A DNA stretch of 64,000 nt from an uncultured virus (IMG/VR IMGVR_UViG_3300044956_000873) (IMGVR_UViG_3300044956_000873); one strand, 5' to 3'. Shown: positions 19,644 to 30,171, counted from the first letter of the stretch. Numbers and translations: made by a program. The notes: generated by a model from the letters alone, not told the origin.

Positions 19644-21248
19644 ATGAATTACGTAGAAACTTTCGAATCTTTCTACAACTTTGCTCCTAATGATGGAGGT
19701 GCTAACATTAACAAATTATTCTTTTTAAATCAGGGCTGTATGCCTAAATATACATGCGAAGAATTCAAGAATTTATTTTCTTCCTATTTAAACGAGGCAG
19801 AAGAATATATGGATGACGATTCTTTAAATAAAGCTCACGCATACTACGAAATTGGAATGCTTTCAGAAGCTAGATCTTCGTGGGGAGAAACCGAAGGGGA
19901 TATTCATTATGTAGACGCAGAAACACACGTTATACTAGTTAAAAATTCAGAGGTTTTTATTATAGAAAAGAAAACTTTAGACTATGTTCAAAATAATAAT
20001 CTTAACGAGTTTAAAATGTTTTCATTTAGTGATCTTAAAAAAAAATACCACGAATTAAAGGATAAAGCTGTTGATTATGCTAAGAAAAAAATAAGCTATG
20101 CTAAGGAATTTGTTGCTAAGTCCTGGGATAAAATGTCTGATGGTGCTAAAAAAGCATGGGAATGGCTGAAAACCGCAGGATCGGCCAGCGCTAAATTTGT
20201 AGGAGATAACTTAGAAACAATAACGATTGTTCTTACTGTACTTGGTTCAGTTTTAGGAATAGCGGGAGGAATTTTAACAGCAGTAGGAATAGGACCTATA
20301 CTTACAGCAATTGCTGGGGGTATTATGGCTATAAATGGTGGTATACACATATATGAAGGATTCCATAAAATTCATCGCGCAATTGAGGTATCTAAGGATG
20401 TAGCGTTAGATCCTATTGCTAAATTTGCGGCAGGTATGATTAAGGCTGGTCCGGATCTTTTCCTGGGATTATTATTTCTTCCTCTTGGATTTTATGATAT
20501 AAGCCACGGATTAACAGAAGCACTGGCAAACCCAGCAGCAGGATCTATTGCTGCAGGGGTTAAAGGAACTGCTAAAGCTGCTTCAAAATCTTGGTTAGGA
20601 AATCTAGGTCACACTATAGAAAAAGTATTAGGGGGATTTCTTAAAAAATTCTTTGCTAATCCTAAAGTTGGCGCAGTAGTTGGAGCGGGCGTAGTCGGAG
20701 GAATTACAATCCTCGGTGCTAAATTCTTTACCGATGTTTGTGGATGGCTTTATGAATTTATGCTTAAAAGTGGTGATTCGATACTTAAAGGGATAAATTG
20801 GCTTCTTGACATGCCTAAAAAATTAACGGATGCGATTGATAAATTTTCTAAAGTTGCAGATGGATTTTTATCGAAGATAATAGCTAAAGGATTAAGTGCT
20901 ATAGTTAAGCCTATGACATCTTATTTAGCTAAAATATGTGAAAAATATTTTAAACCATTAGTTGATAAATCACGAAAATTTATACAAAGACAGATTGCTG
21001 CTAAAAAACTCTTAGATGCAGAAATGGAAAAAGAACACGGAGGTCACGGAAAAGGTGCAGACAATAAAAAACACGGGAAAATTCCAAAAACTAAAGGCAA
21101 GCCCTTATTTAAAATGGGAAGTGTAGAAATTGAAAAAAAGGATGCCAAATATGCTGCTAAAGTAAATAAAGGAATCAAAAAAGTTAAGGAATCAAAAGTT
21201 TGGGAAAATAAATATATTGGGTCCTTTGATGATTTAAATCTTATTTAA
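19644..21248 (+). CDS. 534-aa protein with leader, Gly/Ala-rich hydrophobic helices and basic tail
   Basis: MNYVETFESF leader; hydrophobic segments; ends KESKVWENKYIGSFDDL. Confidence 0.8.
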   Translation: MNYVETFESFYNFAPNDGGANINKLFFLNQGCMPKYTCEEFKNLFSSYLNEAEEYMDDDSLNKAHAYYEIGMLSEARSSWGETEGDIHYVDAETHVILVKNSEVFIIEKKTLDYVQNNNLNEFKMFSFSDLKKKYHELKDKAVDYAKKKISYAKEFVAKSWDKMSDGAKKAWEWLKTAGSASAKFVGDNLETITIVLTVLGSVLGIAGGILTAVGIGPILTAIAGGIMAINGGIHIYEGFHKIHRAIEVSKDVALDPIAKFAAGMIKAGPDLFLGLLFLPLGFYDISHGLTEALANPAAGSIAAGVKGTAKAASKSWLGNLGHTIEKVLGGFLKKFFANPKVGAVVGAGVVGGITILGAKFFTDVCGWLYEFMLKSGDSILKGINWLLDMPKKLTDAIDKFSKVADGFLSKIIAKGLSAIVKPMTSYLAKICEKYFKPLVDKSRKFIQRQIAAKKLLDAEMEKEHGGHGKGADNKKHGKIPKTKGKPLFKMGSVEIEKKDAKYAAKVNKGIKKVKESKVWENKYIGSFDDLNLI

Positions 21249-21257
21249 TCCAACTTA

Positions 21258-21533
21258 TTGACCCGACATATCACTATCCACTTTATAATAGATAGAGATA
21301 ATAAGATTATTAATGATTTCTTTTATATGATAGCATATACAATTTTTGTCGTCTTATTTACCCTGATAATAATTTCTGGAATTTTCTTTTGGCTAATATC
21401 GATGTTTACAGGAAAGGTAGAAAAACCAATTCTATCTCTAATGGGATATGTGGTTTGGCCAATAAGTTTTGTTTTTATATGGATTTATATTTATTTTTAT
21501 AATAAATATCGAGGGGTGAAAAAGGATATATAA
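21258..21533 (+). CDS. Small membrane protein
   Basis: Two hydrophobic helices; start uncertain. Confidence 0.55.
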   Translation: MTRHITIHFIIDRDNKIINDFFYMIAYTIFVVLFTLIIISGIFFWLISMFTGKVEKPILSLMGYVVWPISFVFIWIYIYFYNKYRGVKKDI

Positions 21534-21537
21534 ATTT

Positions 21538-22224
21538 ATGAAGCGAATAAAGCTTTTTGAAAATTTTACGAACGAGGAAAAATATTTATGGCCGGAAGCT
21601 GCATTATGGATAGAGGAGCTTTACCCGGAAGAAATATGCTTTTTAGCTCTTTATGTTTCTGTTATAGAATATAATAAAAAGCTTACGTATAACAGAAGTG
21701 TCGAAGATCCCCTTTTTTCCATAAAAACAGATTATAAGAGTTATGAATTAGAGCCAGGTTCTTATAACGACGACGAAGACGGGATTTCTAATTTTGAACT
21801 CTATTATGAAATACCATCAAAGAACAAAGAAAATTGTACACTTTCTATTGATGTTGTAGGCAAAGGACATTTTACTAAATTTAGAGAAGGAGGATATATG
21901 AAACCTGATGAAGGAGGTGAACCTATCCTCGATTCAGTCGGATTTGATTCGGCTTACTATTTAGATTCTAACGAGCAGACAGAAATCAATTTTTCAGATA
22001 GCTCCTATGTTTTTAAATCTGATATTTTAACAAAAAAAGATCTTACTAACATAATGAAGTATGTCGCAGCTCAGAGGATAGAAGCGCATGATGAAACAGA
22101 TACTATTAAGCCCTTTGTTCCACAAAGATTAATGAACAAATGTGAAGACATCAGGAAAAAATATCCAGCTGCAGTAAAAGGTGGTAATTTATTAGGTAGA
22201 TTTGGAATTTTTGGAACAAAATAA
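21538..22224 (+). CDS. Hypothetical protein with N-leader MKRIKLFENF and C-tag KGGNLLGRFGIF
   Basis: Both terminal motifs visible; GGATATATA upstream. Confidence 0.8.
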   Translation: MKRIKLFENFTNEEKYLWPEAALWIEELYPEEICFLALYVSVIEYNKKLTYNRSVEDPLFSIKTDYKSYELEPGSYNDDEDGISNFELYYEIPSKNKENCTLSIDVVGKGHFTKFREGGYMKPDEGGEPILDSVGFDSAYYLDSNEQTEINFSDSSYVFKSDILTKKDLTNIMKYVAAQRIEAHDETDTIKPFVPQRLMNKCEDIRKKYPAAVKGGNLLGRFGIFGTK

Positions 22225-22253
22225 TTTTTATCTCTATAAGGATAGTTAAATCC

Positions 22254-22520
22254 TTGGAAATGAAAAATTTTATTTTAGTTTTATCGTTATTTACTTCTTT
22301 ATTATCTTTTTCTCAAGATTATAAATTCAACACATTATCTGTTGTTTCCCCTAATAGGGATACTCTTTGGATTTTAAATGATCCGTCAGGAAGGCTAATT
22401 GCTTATTCCTGGGAGCTAGATAAAAATCCCACTGAGAAAAAACCAGTAATTATTCTTGTAAAATCATTACCAACTATCGAGGGGAAAAAAAAGAAAAAGG
22501 GATATATAGAGGGTAATTAA
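22254..22520 (+). CDS. Small secreted-type protein
   Basis: MKNFILVLSLFTSLLSFSQ, Bacteroidota-style signal peptide. Confidence 0.6.
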   Translation: MEMKNFILVLSLFTSLLSFSQDYKFNTLSVVSPNRDTLWILNDPSGRLIAYSWELDKNPTEKKPVIILVKSLPTIEGKKKKKGYIEGN

Positions 22521-22528
22521 AAACCTTT

Positions 22529-22921
22529 ATGAGACATATCCAATTATTTGAAAATTTCGGCCAAGATAAAAAAGTATACAGCTTAGATCTATTATTTAAT
22601 TGGATGCCTTTTGATACGGAGGTTAATAATCCAATTAATTCTTATGCCCCTGCGGAAATAACTGCACAGGAACTTGTAGAGTATTGTAACGCTAATCCGG
22701 AGATAGGTAAAGTTGGTCTTTATATTGCACATAAAAAAAATCCGGGTGGTGGATTCACTAGATATGTAACCACTTCAACGAATCCTTTGTTATTAGAATC
22801 CGCGATGTTTGATAGAGAGTTTAACAAAATAAACGAAGTGAAAGGAATAAGTGCGGAATCTATTGTTTCTTTTACAAAGGGATCTTCGATGCTGGGTAGA
22901 TTTGGATTATTTGACAAGTAA
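22529..22921 (+). CDS. Hypothetical protein with N-leader MRHIQLFENF and C-tag KGSSMLGRFGLF
   Basis: Both terminal motifs; GGATATATA upstream; terminator at ~22950-22972. Confidence 0.8.
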   Translation: MRHIQLFENFGQDKKVYSLDLLFNWMPFDTEVNNPINSYAPAEITAQELVEYCNANPEIGKVGLYIAHKKNPGGGFTRYVTTSTNPLLLESAMFDREFNKINEVKGISAESIVSFTKGSSMLGRFGLFDK

Positions 22922-23070
22922 TTATAAGTTCTACATATTAAAAAATATTAAAACCCGGTAACGGGTTTTTTTATGATTTTTTTCTCTTATTTTTTCAAAA
23001 AATATAAACTTTTTTAAAACCCCTGCATATAATATAAGTATAAAATAAAAACAATTTAAATTTTTTAATT

Positions 23071-23544
23071 ATGGAAAAAAGAGAAGCAAAAATTGAAGCG
23101 CTTTTAGCTTTAAAAAATGACAAGTCAGTAAAAGCATGGATTGGTCCTAATCATGTTCTTTTCAAGGACAGTAACGAAAATAGAGACATGTTCCTTACTA
23201 CTTATCGAATTAGAAATGCCTACGAGGAACTTTTATTAAAATTAGAAGTTAATGAGGAAGTTACAGAGGAAAGAGATCTTCTATTAATCAGAAGGTTTTT
23301 TGAAATGATGTTTTATCCACCTAGAAAAATGAACATCAGCGATTGGAAAAATAGAAGAGATCCTATTGTTAAAATAATAAAGGCTTATAAGGATGTTAGG
23401 TGGAAAGGTAACAGAAGAAGAAAACACGAAATAACTCTTTTATTAGATGACGGAAAAAAGATACAAATTAATCCAGGTGATGTTTTGAATAAGTTTTTCC
23501 ATATATGGGGAAATTTCGATTCACTTATAAATTCTAAGTTATAA
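23071..23544 (+). CDS. Hypothetical protein
   Basis: ORF followed by terminator at ~23569-23600. Confidence 0.7.
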   Translation: MEKREAKIEALLALKNDKSVKAWIGPNHVLFKDSNENRDMFLTTYRIRNAYEELLLKLEVNEEVTEERDLLLIRRFFEMMFYPPRKMNISDWKNRRDPIVKIIKAYKDVRWKGNRRRKHEITLLLDDGKKIQINPGDVLNKFFHIWGNFDSLINSKL

Positions 23545-23650
23545 GTATTTTCTTGTTAATTAAATATTAGCCGGCTTCACATTAAGCTGGCTTTTTTTGT
23601 GGGTTTTTTTAAGGCGGGGGGATATATAACCGGTAAATAATTACTAATTA

Positions 23651-24022
23651 ATGGAAGAATTTGGCCCCCACATAACTATTGATCTAAAAGGATGTCCTAA
23701 AGAAACATTATCTAACTACAAGTTACATTTTAACTATCTTAAGAATCTTCCTGAATTAATAAGTATGACACCAATAACACAGCCTTATGTGTTTCCTTAT
23801 TCTGGATTAGTTCCGGAAGATAAAGGTATAACTGGAATAGTTATAATAGCAGAGAGCCATATATCTGTACATTCATTTGAAGAGAAAGGGTATTGCTTTA
23901 TTGATATTTTCTCCTGTAAAGATATGGATGTAGAAAGAGCTATACAAATAACACTTGATACTTTTAAACCTACTGACTCAGAAATTAATATAGTTAAAAG
24001 AGGAAAAGGTTTTCCTAGATAG
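23651..24022 (+). CDS. speD: Pyruvoyl-dependent S-adenosylmethionine decarboxylase-family proenzyme
   Basis: G.H..IDL.GC, IIAESHISVH (E/S self-cleavage site), IDIFSCK. Confidence 0.88.
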   Translation: MEEFGPHITIDLKGCPKETLSNYKLHFNYLKNLPELISMTPITQPYVFPYSGLVPEDKGITGIVIIAESHISVHSFEEKGYCFIDIFSCKDMDVERAIQITLDTFKPTDSEINIVKRGKGFPR

Positions 24023-24481
24023 TTATTTTTTTAATTTTCTTTTTATCTCCTCAATCTCACTTATGATATTTTTCATATCATTCTTAATTATCACTGTTGA
24101 TGTGTTTCTTACCGAAGTGGCGGAGGAGTCAACTTTTTTTAATGTTTCCATATTCATCTGGCTTAATATCTTGTTATCCTCTTTTTTAGCTTTGTCTTTT
24201 AGATAGTCAAGCATTGTCACAAATTCTTTTTCCCTTTCTAATATTTGATTAGTACAACTTTTTCGTTCTTCCCTTATCTTAGTATCTTTTTTATTTAATT
24301 CGTTCTCTAATGACCTTATTTTATTTGTTTTTGTCTCTATCTCCTCCTTTAGTTCGTCTTTACTTTCTATTATAGAGGGACCTATCGTGATTACCACTAT
24401 GGAGAACAAAATAGGTGAAAGAGCTATGACTTTTTGTGGGGTTGAAAATTAAGCTAATATCTCCGCAATGTATTTAAACAT
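24023..24481 (-). pseudogene. Membrane-anchored coiled-coil protein with in-frame TAA (24449-24451)
   Basis: MFKYIAEILA*FSTPQKVIAL... in frame with ORF 24023..24409. Confidence 0.6.
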
Positions 24482-24521
24482 ATTTTTAGTTGTTATTTGC
24501 TGATTCTTAATATATACTCAT

Positions 24522-24830
24522 ATGGTCAACATAATTAGAGAAAATTTAGAAATAATGGGACAGGATCTTCCTGGTAAGATGTCGTGGACCAGTGTTCCTG
24601 CTCAATTAGAGTTATTAGGTGGAAACGGCTGGAGACTTCCTTATGAAAGAGAATTTTTGATTATACACCAGCTTTATCAGTTGGGGATAGGAGGATTTAA
24701 ACCTTCTCGTTATTGGTCTTATTCAGATTACAACAATAAGGCTTGGTACTACGATCTCAGCGTGGGTTATTCTCCCCACATAATAGATAAAACTAATTTG
24801 TACTACGTTAGACTTGTTAGAGACATCTAG
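24522..24830 (+). CDS. DUF1566/Lcl-like domain protein
   Basis: GWRLP..E, YWS, YVRLVR motifs. Confidence 0.65.
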   Translation: MVNIIRENLEIMGQDLPGKMSWTSVPAQLELLGGNGWRLPYEREFLIIHQLYQLGIGGFKPSRYWSYSDYNNKAWYYDLSVGYSPHIIDKTNLYYVRLVRDI

Positions 24831-24847
24831 AAATAGATGCTAAGATA

Positions 24848-25063
24848 TTAGTTTGGGTTTCTCATACGGGAAAGATTTTTTCTGACCGCCTTATCTAAAT
24901 CCTCAGAAGTTGTTCTTAATCCTTTATCGTATATGTTAGAAAGAGATCTTGCCACTTTGTTTTGGTCAAGAATTATTTCCCACCGGGGATCTTTTTCTTT
25001 GTGGATAATTTCCTCTGCTATTTCTTTACCTAGCTCTTCAACTTTTTTTTCGTATGCTTTCAT
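24848..25063 (-). CDS. Small hypothetical protein
   Basis: ORF track. Confidence 0.6.
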   Translation of the reverse strand: MKAYEKKVEELGKEIAEEIIHKEKDPRWEIILDQNKVARSLSNIYDKGLRTTSEDLDKAVRKNLSRMRNPN

Positions 25064-25090
25064 GATATTTTATACCAGATAATTCTGGTT

Positions 25091-25405
25091 TTATTTCATC
25101 TGGTTGTATATTTTTTGTAAATCCCCAACAATCCAGTCCTCGGGGTATCCATCATCTTTAGAATTTTCTATGGCATCACTTATTATTGAGATGTATTTAT
25201 ACTCATCACTTCTACGATTAAACTTAGGAGTGTTTTCTTGGTCATTATAGTAGTTTAGTATATCTTTGATTGTGGATTTCAAAACATAAAGATCTGCTCC
25301 AAGCTCTATGGCTTTATTTATTTTTTTAGAAATAAGGGTGTAAGGATCTTCCGATTCTGGATAGAATTCGTATAATTTTAAAAAATCTTTGTATTTAGTT
25401 AGCAT
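25091..25405 (-). CDS. Hypothetical protein with leader MLTKYKDFLKLYE
   Basis: ORF; similar architecture to the adjacent 25407..25789. Confidence 0.7.
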   Translation of the reverse strand: MLTKYKDFLKLYEFYPESEDPYTLISKKINKAIELGADLYVLKSTIKDILNYYNDQENTPKFNRRSDEYKYISIISDAIENSKDDGYPEDWIVGDLQKIYNQMK

Positions 25406-25406
25406 T

Positions 25407-25789
25407 TTAAAACAAGTATTCTTTCTTAAGATTCTCTATTTCTTTCATTATTAGATCTTCATCGTACCAATCTTCCTCAGCTAATATAAATTTTTGTCTT
25501 AGTGAATTTATGGCGGAGTTTAAGTTAGTTCCTATAAAAACACTTTTTTTTCTTTAAAATCTATAATGTCTCTTTCACTATAAGCAGTTGCTTTATTTCT
25601 GTCACTATAAGCAGTTGCTTTATTTAATTTGTAAAAATCTAAATAGAAAGATAAAGCCTCCATAATAACTGGAATAGTGAATCCCCTATCCGTCAATTTT
25701 TTTATACCTTCCCGTATCATATCTTGGACAGGAATAGCACCCGGGTGATGCTCACTTATTGATAAGAAATTCCTGTATTTTTTTATCAT
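25407..25789 (-). pseudogene. Leader-bearing protein (MIKKYRNFLSISE) with 27-bp internal duplication and frameshift in an A-run
   Basis: NKATAYSDR-NKATAYSER duplication; a plausible C-terminus continues in another frame to ~25407. Confidence 0.55.
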
Positions 25790-25845
25790 AGATTATATAT
25801 CAAGAAATAAAAACCAATTATTAACTATAATTAAATAAAAATAGA

Positions 25846-26826
25846 ATGGTAAAGAAAAAAGGACCTATTAGTATGTTTATAGAAAGAAACTATAAACACT
25901 TTAATGCAGCAGCTTTAAAAGATGCTGCTGTAGGATATGAAACACACATCGATGGCGGAGGAAAAATGCTGGTCTCTCTTGCTGGTGCAATGAGCACGGC
26001 AGAACTTGGTATTTCTCTTGCCGAAATGATTAGAGCTGGCAAAGTTGATATTATTTCTTGTACAGGTGCCAACTTAGAGGAGGATCTCATGAATCTCGTA
26101 GCACATTCACATTACAAGAGAATACCTAATTACCGGGATCTTACACCAAAAGAGGAACGTGATTTATTAGACAATGGACTTAATAGAGTTACTGACACTT
26201 GTATTCCAGAGAAAGAAGCATTCAGAAGACTACAGAGTCACATATATGATATATGGAAAAAATCAGAAAGCAGAGGAGAAAGACACTTTCCACACAAATA
26301 CATGTACGAATTAATATACAGCGGAGTGCTAGAGCAATACTATGAAATCAATCCCGAAGATTCGTGGATGGTTGCAGCAGCAGAAATGAATTTACCTATG
26401 GTTGTTCCTGGATGGGAAGATTCCACTTTAGGAAACATCTTTGCTTCTTATGTAATAAAAGGCGACTTGAAGCACGACACTGTAAAAAATGGAATAGAAT
26501 ATATGGTTTCTTTAAGCCATTGGTACATAGAAAATTGTCAGAAGCCAGGAATAGGATTCTTCCAGATAGGTGGAGGAATTGCCGGGGATTTTCCTATCTG
26601 TGTTGTACCTATGATGTACCAAGATCTTGAATGGGAAGATGTACCATTCTGGTCTTATTTCTGTCAAATTTCCGATTCAACAACATCTTATGGTTCTTAT
26701 TCAGGAGCAGTGCCAAATGAAAAGATTACTTGGGGTAAATTAGATGCAGACACACCTAAATTTATTGTAGAATCTGATGCTACAATAGTTGCTCCTCTGA
26801 TTTTTTCGTGGATATTAAATAAATAG
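25846..26826 (+). CDS. Deoxyhypusine synthase-like protein (possible homospermidine synthase)
   Basis: CTGANLEED, IGGG, GSYSGAVPNEKITWGK (catalytic Lys), SDATIVAP. Confidence 0.88.
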   Translation: MVKKKGPISMFIERNYKHFNAAALKDAAVGYETHIDGGGKMLVSLAGAMSTAELGISLAEMIRAGKVDIISCTGANLEEDLMNLVAHSHYKRIPNYRDLTPKEERDLLDNGLNRVTDTCIPEKEAFRRLQSHIYDIWKKSESRGERHFPHKYMYELIYSGVLEQYYEINPEDSWMVAAAEMNLPMVVPGWEDSTLGNIFASYVIKGDLKHDTVKNGIEYMVSLSHWYIENCQKPGIGFFQIGGGIAGDFPICVVPMMYQDLEWEDVPFWSYFCQISDSTTSYGSYSGAVPNEKITWGKLDADTPKFIVESDATIVAPLIFSWILNK

Positions 26827-26946
26827 AGTCTGAATATATAATGAATATATAATATATAATATACTAGATGAAAGAGATACATGGCCTATCGATATTCCCT
26901 ATTTTTATTTTATTAGCAGGCTATATCAAAATAAAAAAAAGAAGAA

Positions 26947-27678
26947 ATGAAGCATCTTAAAAGTATAGATGAGTTTAAAATAACAAATGAACAGCTTTTT
27001 TCTGACGCTAATAGATTTTCTAAGCTTTTCGGATTAGATTCCACATCTAAAGACTCAAGCGACAACAAGGATCCTTCTTCCGGTGGAACGGATTCTTCCG
27101 ATACATCTTCATCAATTTCCCCAAAAACAGAACTTGGAGATTATGGTAAATTTAGTGAAGCATCTAAGAAAAATGCTCCTCTAATTATGGTTTATGGGGG
27201 TATAGATGTAGGGAGTAAAAAGAGTGGAGAATACATGTATGACTATTTAGGAAAAATAGGAAGCTCCGCTAATATTTTTGTGGCAAAAGATCATAAAGTA
27301 GAGGGCAAAGGATCATACAAAGCAGTTAAAGATAAATTGTCGGAAAAGTCTATATCCCCGTCTAAAAAAATATTATATCTTTTTTCCGAAGGATATAAAC
27401 CCGGGATGGAATTATTAAAGGGTGTTCCAGCTTCCGAGTTTGACTTAATATATCTAGTTGATATTTGGATGGGTAATTCTAAAGTTGCTTCTTTCTATAA
27501 AAATCTAGCAGAGAACAACAGAGGTAAGGTTAGATATTTTTATACTGGGGACGGGGCCAAAAATTCAGATGCAAAAGACAGTTTAATTAAAACACTGAAC
27601 TTCTATAGGGCGAACGATAAAAACGATCACATGTCAACAAACACAGATGCTGTCGCCGATCTATCAAATAAATTATAA
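26947..27678 (+). CDS. Leader + NEQLFSDANRFSKL module + alpha/beta-hydrolase-like domain
   Basis: LYLFSEG nucleophile-elbow-like motif, LVD, C-terminal His. Confidence 0.55.
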   Translation: MKHLKSIDEFKITNEQLFSDANRFSKLFGLDSTSKDSSDNKDPSSGGTDSSDTSSSISPKTELGDYGKFSEASKKNAPLIMVYGGIDVGSKKSGEYMYDYLGKIGSSANIFVAKDHKVEGKGSYKAVKDKLSEKSISPSKKILYLFSEGYKPGMELLKGVPASEFDLIYLVDIWMGNSKVASFYKNLAENNRGKVRYFYTGDGAKNSDAKDSLIKTLNFYRANDKNDHMSTNTDAVADLSNKL

Positions 27679-27680
27679 AA

Positions 27681-28457
27681 ATGAAACACATAAAGAACAT
27701 ACAAGAATTCAGTTATCTTTATGAACAGTTATTTGCTGCTGATATTGCAAAGTTCAATAAACTAATGGGAATATCTGTAGAAGAAACCGGTATGGAGGAG
27801 CCAAATATATCTCCTGCCGAAAATCCTTCGGGCTCTGGGACAGCTTTTGCTTCCGTTGTTAAACTTAACACCAGCCAGTTAGATGAATATGGATCAACTG
27901 CTGGAATTAGTGAAAAGGGAGACAGTGCTCCATTACAGCAACCAGCAAGAGGACCTTTAGGAAATATAGTAAATTCAGCTTATGCTAATTTAAATGTTTC
28001 AACCAGGAAAATACCGGGGACTCTCGGAGGTAATTTAGGCTGTGCAGCGGCGGTTTCTATTATATTTTATAGGGCTACTGGCTATGCAATAGCTGGTTCT
28101 GGAGCTATCACATTAGGGACTGCTCACATGTGGAGCCATTTTGAAAAAGAAAGCAGAAATCCCAGTGGCGTGTGGCAGAAAATATCTAATTGGAAGACTG
28201 ATTCTCAACCTGGAGATATAATATTAACATGTAGGGGATCTAAAGCGGGTCACGTTGGTGTTGTTGTTGAGGGTGGTAATATTATATCAAATTCTTCCGG
28301 GGGATTCCAAGGAGATAAAAAGGGGCAGATTGAGCTAAACTATAATCTAAACACATGGCAAAGCGTTGCTAATAGAAACCCACAGCAAACTGCTTCTTTT
28401 AGATATAAAGGAGCATATAAAAAAACCTGGGGCAAAACGGAAAAACCAGTAGTATAG
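27681..28457 (+). CDS. Leader + EQLF module + NlpC/P60-like amidase domain
   Basis: LGCAAAVS, QPGDII, GHVGVV. Confidence 0.7.
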   Translation: MKHIKNIQEFSYLYEQLFAADIAKFNKLMGISVEETGMEEPNISPAENPSGSGTAFASVVKLNTSQLDEYGSTAGISEKGDSAPLQQPARGPLGNIVNSAYANLNVSTRKIPGTLGGNLGCAAAVSIIFYRATGYAIAGSGAITLGTAHMWSHFEKESRNPSGVWQKISNWKTDSQPGDIILTCRGSKAGHVGVVVEGGNIISNSSGGFQGDKKGQIELNYNLNTWQSVANRNPQQTASFRYKGAYKKTWGKTEKPVV

Positions 28458-28508
28458 AATCATTTTTTTATTTGCACTTTAATCTCTATATTTGGTCAAA
28501 AATCATTT

Positions 28509-28733
28509 ATGAGAGAGAAAGTAATCAAGGTAAAAGACAATTACCGAATAAATCCGGAAAGCCACATTCCTGGCGGATCCGTAGTGGAAACCTTTAACGA
28601 TAAAGGTATAAGATTAGTTTACGATAAGATTAAAAATCCAAGTGCCTATATTAGGAGAATTACTAAGGATGAATCCATAATTAGGGTATACGTAGATGGA
28701 GAACTTAAATTCGATCGGAATGGAGAACAGTAA
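28509..28733 (+). CDS. Small hypothetical protein
   Basis: First ORF after the early promoter at 28458-28494. Confidence 0.65.
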   Translation: MREKVIKVKDNYRINPESHIPGGSVVETFNDKGIRLVYDKIKNPSAYIRRITKDESIIRVYVDGELKFDRNGEQ

Positions 28734-29082
28734 ATTTATGGATCTGGTCTATTTCGGATATGACCACTACGGCCAGGAGGCAAACGCTGCTCAGAAAGAG
28801 GAGAAGGAATTTATGGAAGCCCTTAAGGAAAGATTTCCATCAGTTGAATTTAAGGATACTTACGACCAAATCAAAGGATTTAGGCAGGAGGTCATTTTGG
28901 AGAAATCTTTCCAGGATGAATATTACTCGTGGATATTTGCATTCGGATGGATGGATTACTCTTTAAGCACTTCTCTATCTCTAATGATGTCAAACATAGA
29001 CGGAAAGGATGATGCAATAAAGTACATTAACCTAGCTAAGGTCGGGTATCCTGATAATTTTAAATCTAAAGAAAATGAGTGA
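28696..29082 (+). CDS. Hypothetical protein
   Basis: ORF track; operon-like overlap. Confidence 0.65.
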   Translation: MENLNSIGMENSKFMDLVYFGYDHYGQEANAAQKEEKEFMEALKERFPSVEFKDTYDQIKGFRQEVILEKSFQDEYYSWIFAFGWMDYSLSTSLSLMMSNIDGKDDAIKYINLAKVGYPDNFKSKENE

Positions 29083-29668
29083 TGTCGAAATATGGAAGGA
29101 CGTGGAGCATCCTATATTTTGGAAATACTACCAGGTAAGTAATTTAGGCAGAATAAAAACAAAAGGTAGATTTGTAACAAGAGGAGGTCCAAAAAATGAA
29201 TACACTTATTGGGCAAGCGAAAGAATAGTATCTACTCGAAGATCTAAGGAAAATCCACATCTTTTTTGCTCTCTTTATGCTAAAAAGACTTTACTTAAAA
29301 ACAAAACTGCTTATGTTCATAAATTAGTCGCGGAAGTTTTTATAAAAAGACCAAGCAAGAATCACGTTTATGTTACTCATATAGATGGGAACTATAATAA
29401 TAATATGGCATCTAACCTTAAATGGATTACAGCTTCGGAAAACTCGAGGAAGAACATGGAAAAATATCCAGAGAATAAAAATAAGTTAAAAGACCATAAC
29501 GAGAAGACGGGTTATTATAAAAGTCTTAGACATTGTATATGGGAAGAAAAAAATCTAAAAAAAATCATAAAAATGATTTCCTGGGGTGTTTCATATAAAG
29601 AAATAAAAAGAATATATGGGTGCTCAGAATCTACGGTTTATAAAGTAATTAAAAAAGTAAAGTTATGA
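29075..29668 (+). CDS. NUMOD4/HNH homing-endonuclease-like protein
   Basis: EIWKDV...YQVSNLGRIK; VHKLVAEVF...HIDGN..NN...NLKW. Confidence 0.85.
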   Translation: MSDVEIWKDVEHPIFWKYYQVSNLGRIKTKGRFVTRGGPKNEYTYWASERIVSTRRSKENPHLFCSLYAKKTLLKNKTAYVHKLVAEVFIKRPSKNHVYVTHIDGNYNNNMASNLKWITASENSRKNMEKYPENKNKLKDHNEKTGYYKSLRHCIWEEKNLKKIIKMISWGVSYKEIKRIYGCSESTVYKVIKKVKL

Positions 29669-30171
29669 AATATCTAGAGTACGAAGTTACAAAACTTCCT
29701 AACAGTGTTGAAGATTTATTCTGTAGGCCTCTAGACGAAGGTGGAGAGAGAATCGGGTTAAATGAGATACAGATTAAAATTATAACTCTGGCAATGGTTT
29801 CTTCTAAAGATAAAACGGACCATATGTATGAGAAGTTAAAAAAAGAGCACAATCTCTCACTTATACTGGAAGATAGATTAAAATCTATTAACTGTAAAAC
29901 TGATAACGGTGTTAAGATATTAATTACGTGTTGTTGTAAATCTCCAGGGGAAGCTGTGATGTACACCTATTATTTAGCCTACAAAATGAAGGAGTTGGGA
30001 ATAGAATTTTTAGACACGGAGGCGCTTTGTTTAAAAATATTTCCCAAGGGATTTTTCTCTAGCGCGACATTGGAAAAATATTGGAATAAGCAAAAAGTAG
30101 ACATGAGAGGTAAAAAAGGAGGAGACAATTTGTTGGACTATACTAAAGCAACTGAAAGTCTAGTGAAATAA
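29665..30171 (+). CDS. Hypothetical protein
   Basis: ORF track. Confidence 0.7.
   Translation: MKYLEYEVTKLPNSVEDLFCRPLDEGGERIGLNEIQIKIITLAMVSSKDKTDHMYEKLKKEHNLSLILEDRLKSINCKTDNGVKILITCCCKSPGEAVMYTYYLAYKMKELGIEFLDTEALCLKIFPKGFFSSATLEKYWNKQKVDMRGKKGGDNLLDYTKATESLVK

Noticed and set aside
12789..25625. Short perfect tandem duplications (20 bp at ~12789, 20 bp at ~17661, 27-bp period at 25575)
   Set aside because: Two-copy local duplications consistent with slippage or assembly artefact; no evidence of a system.
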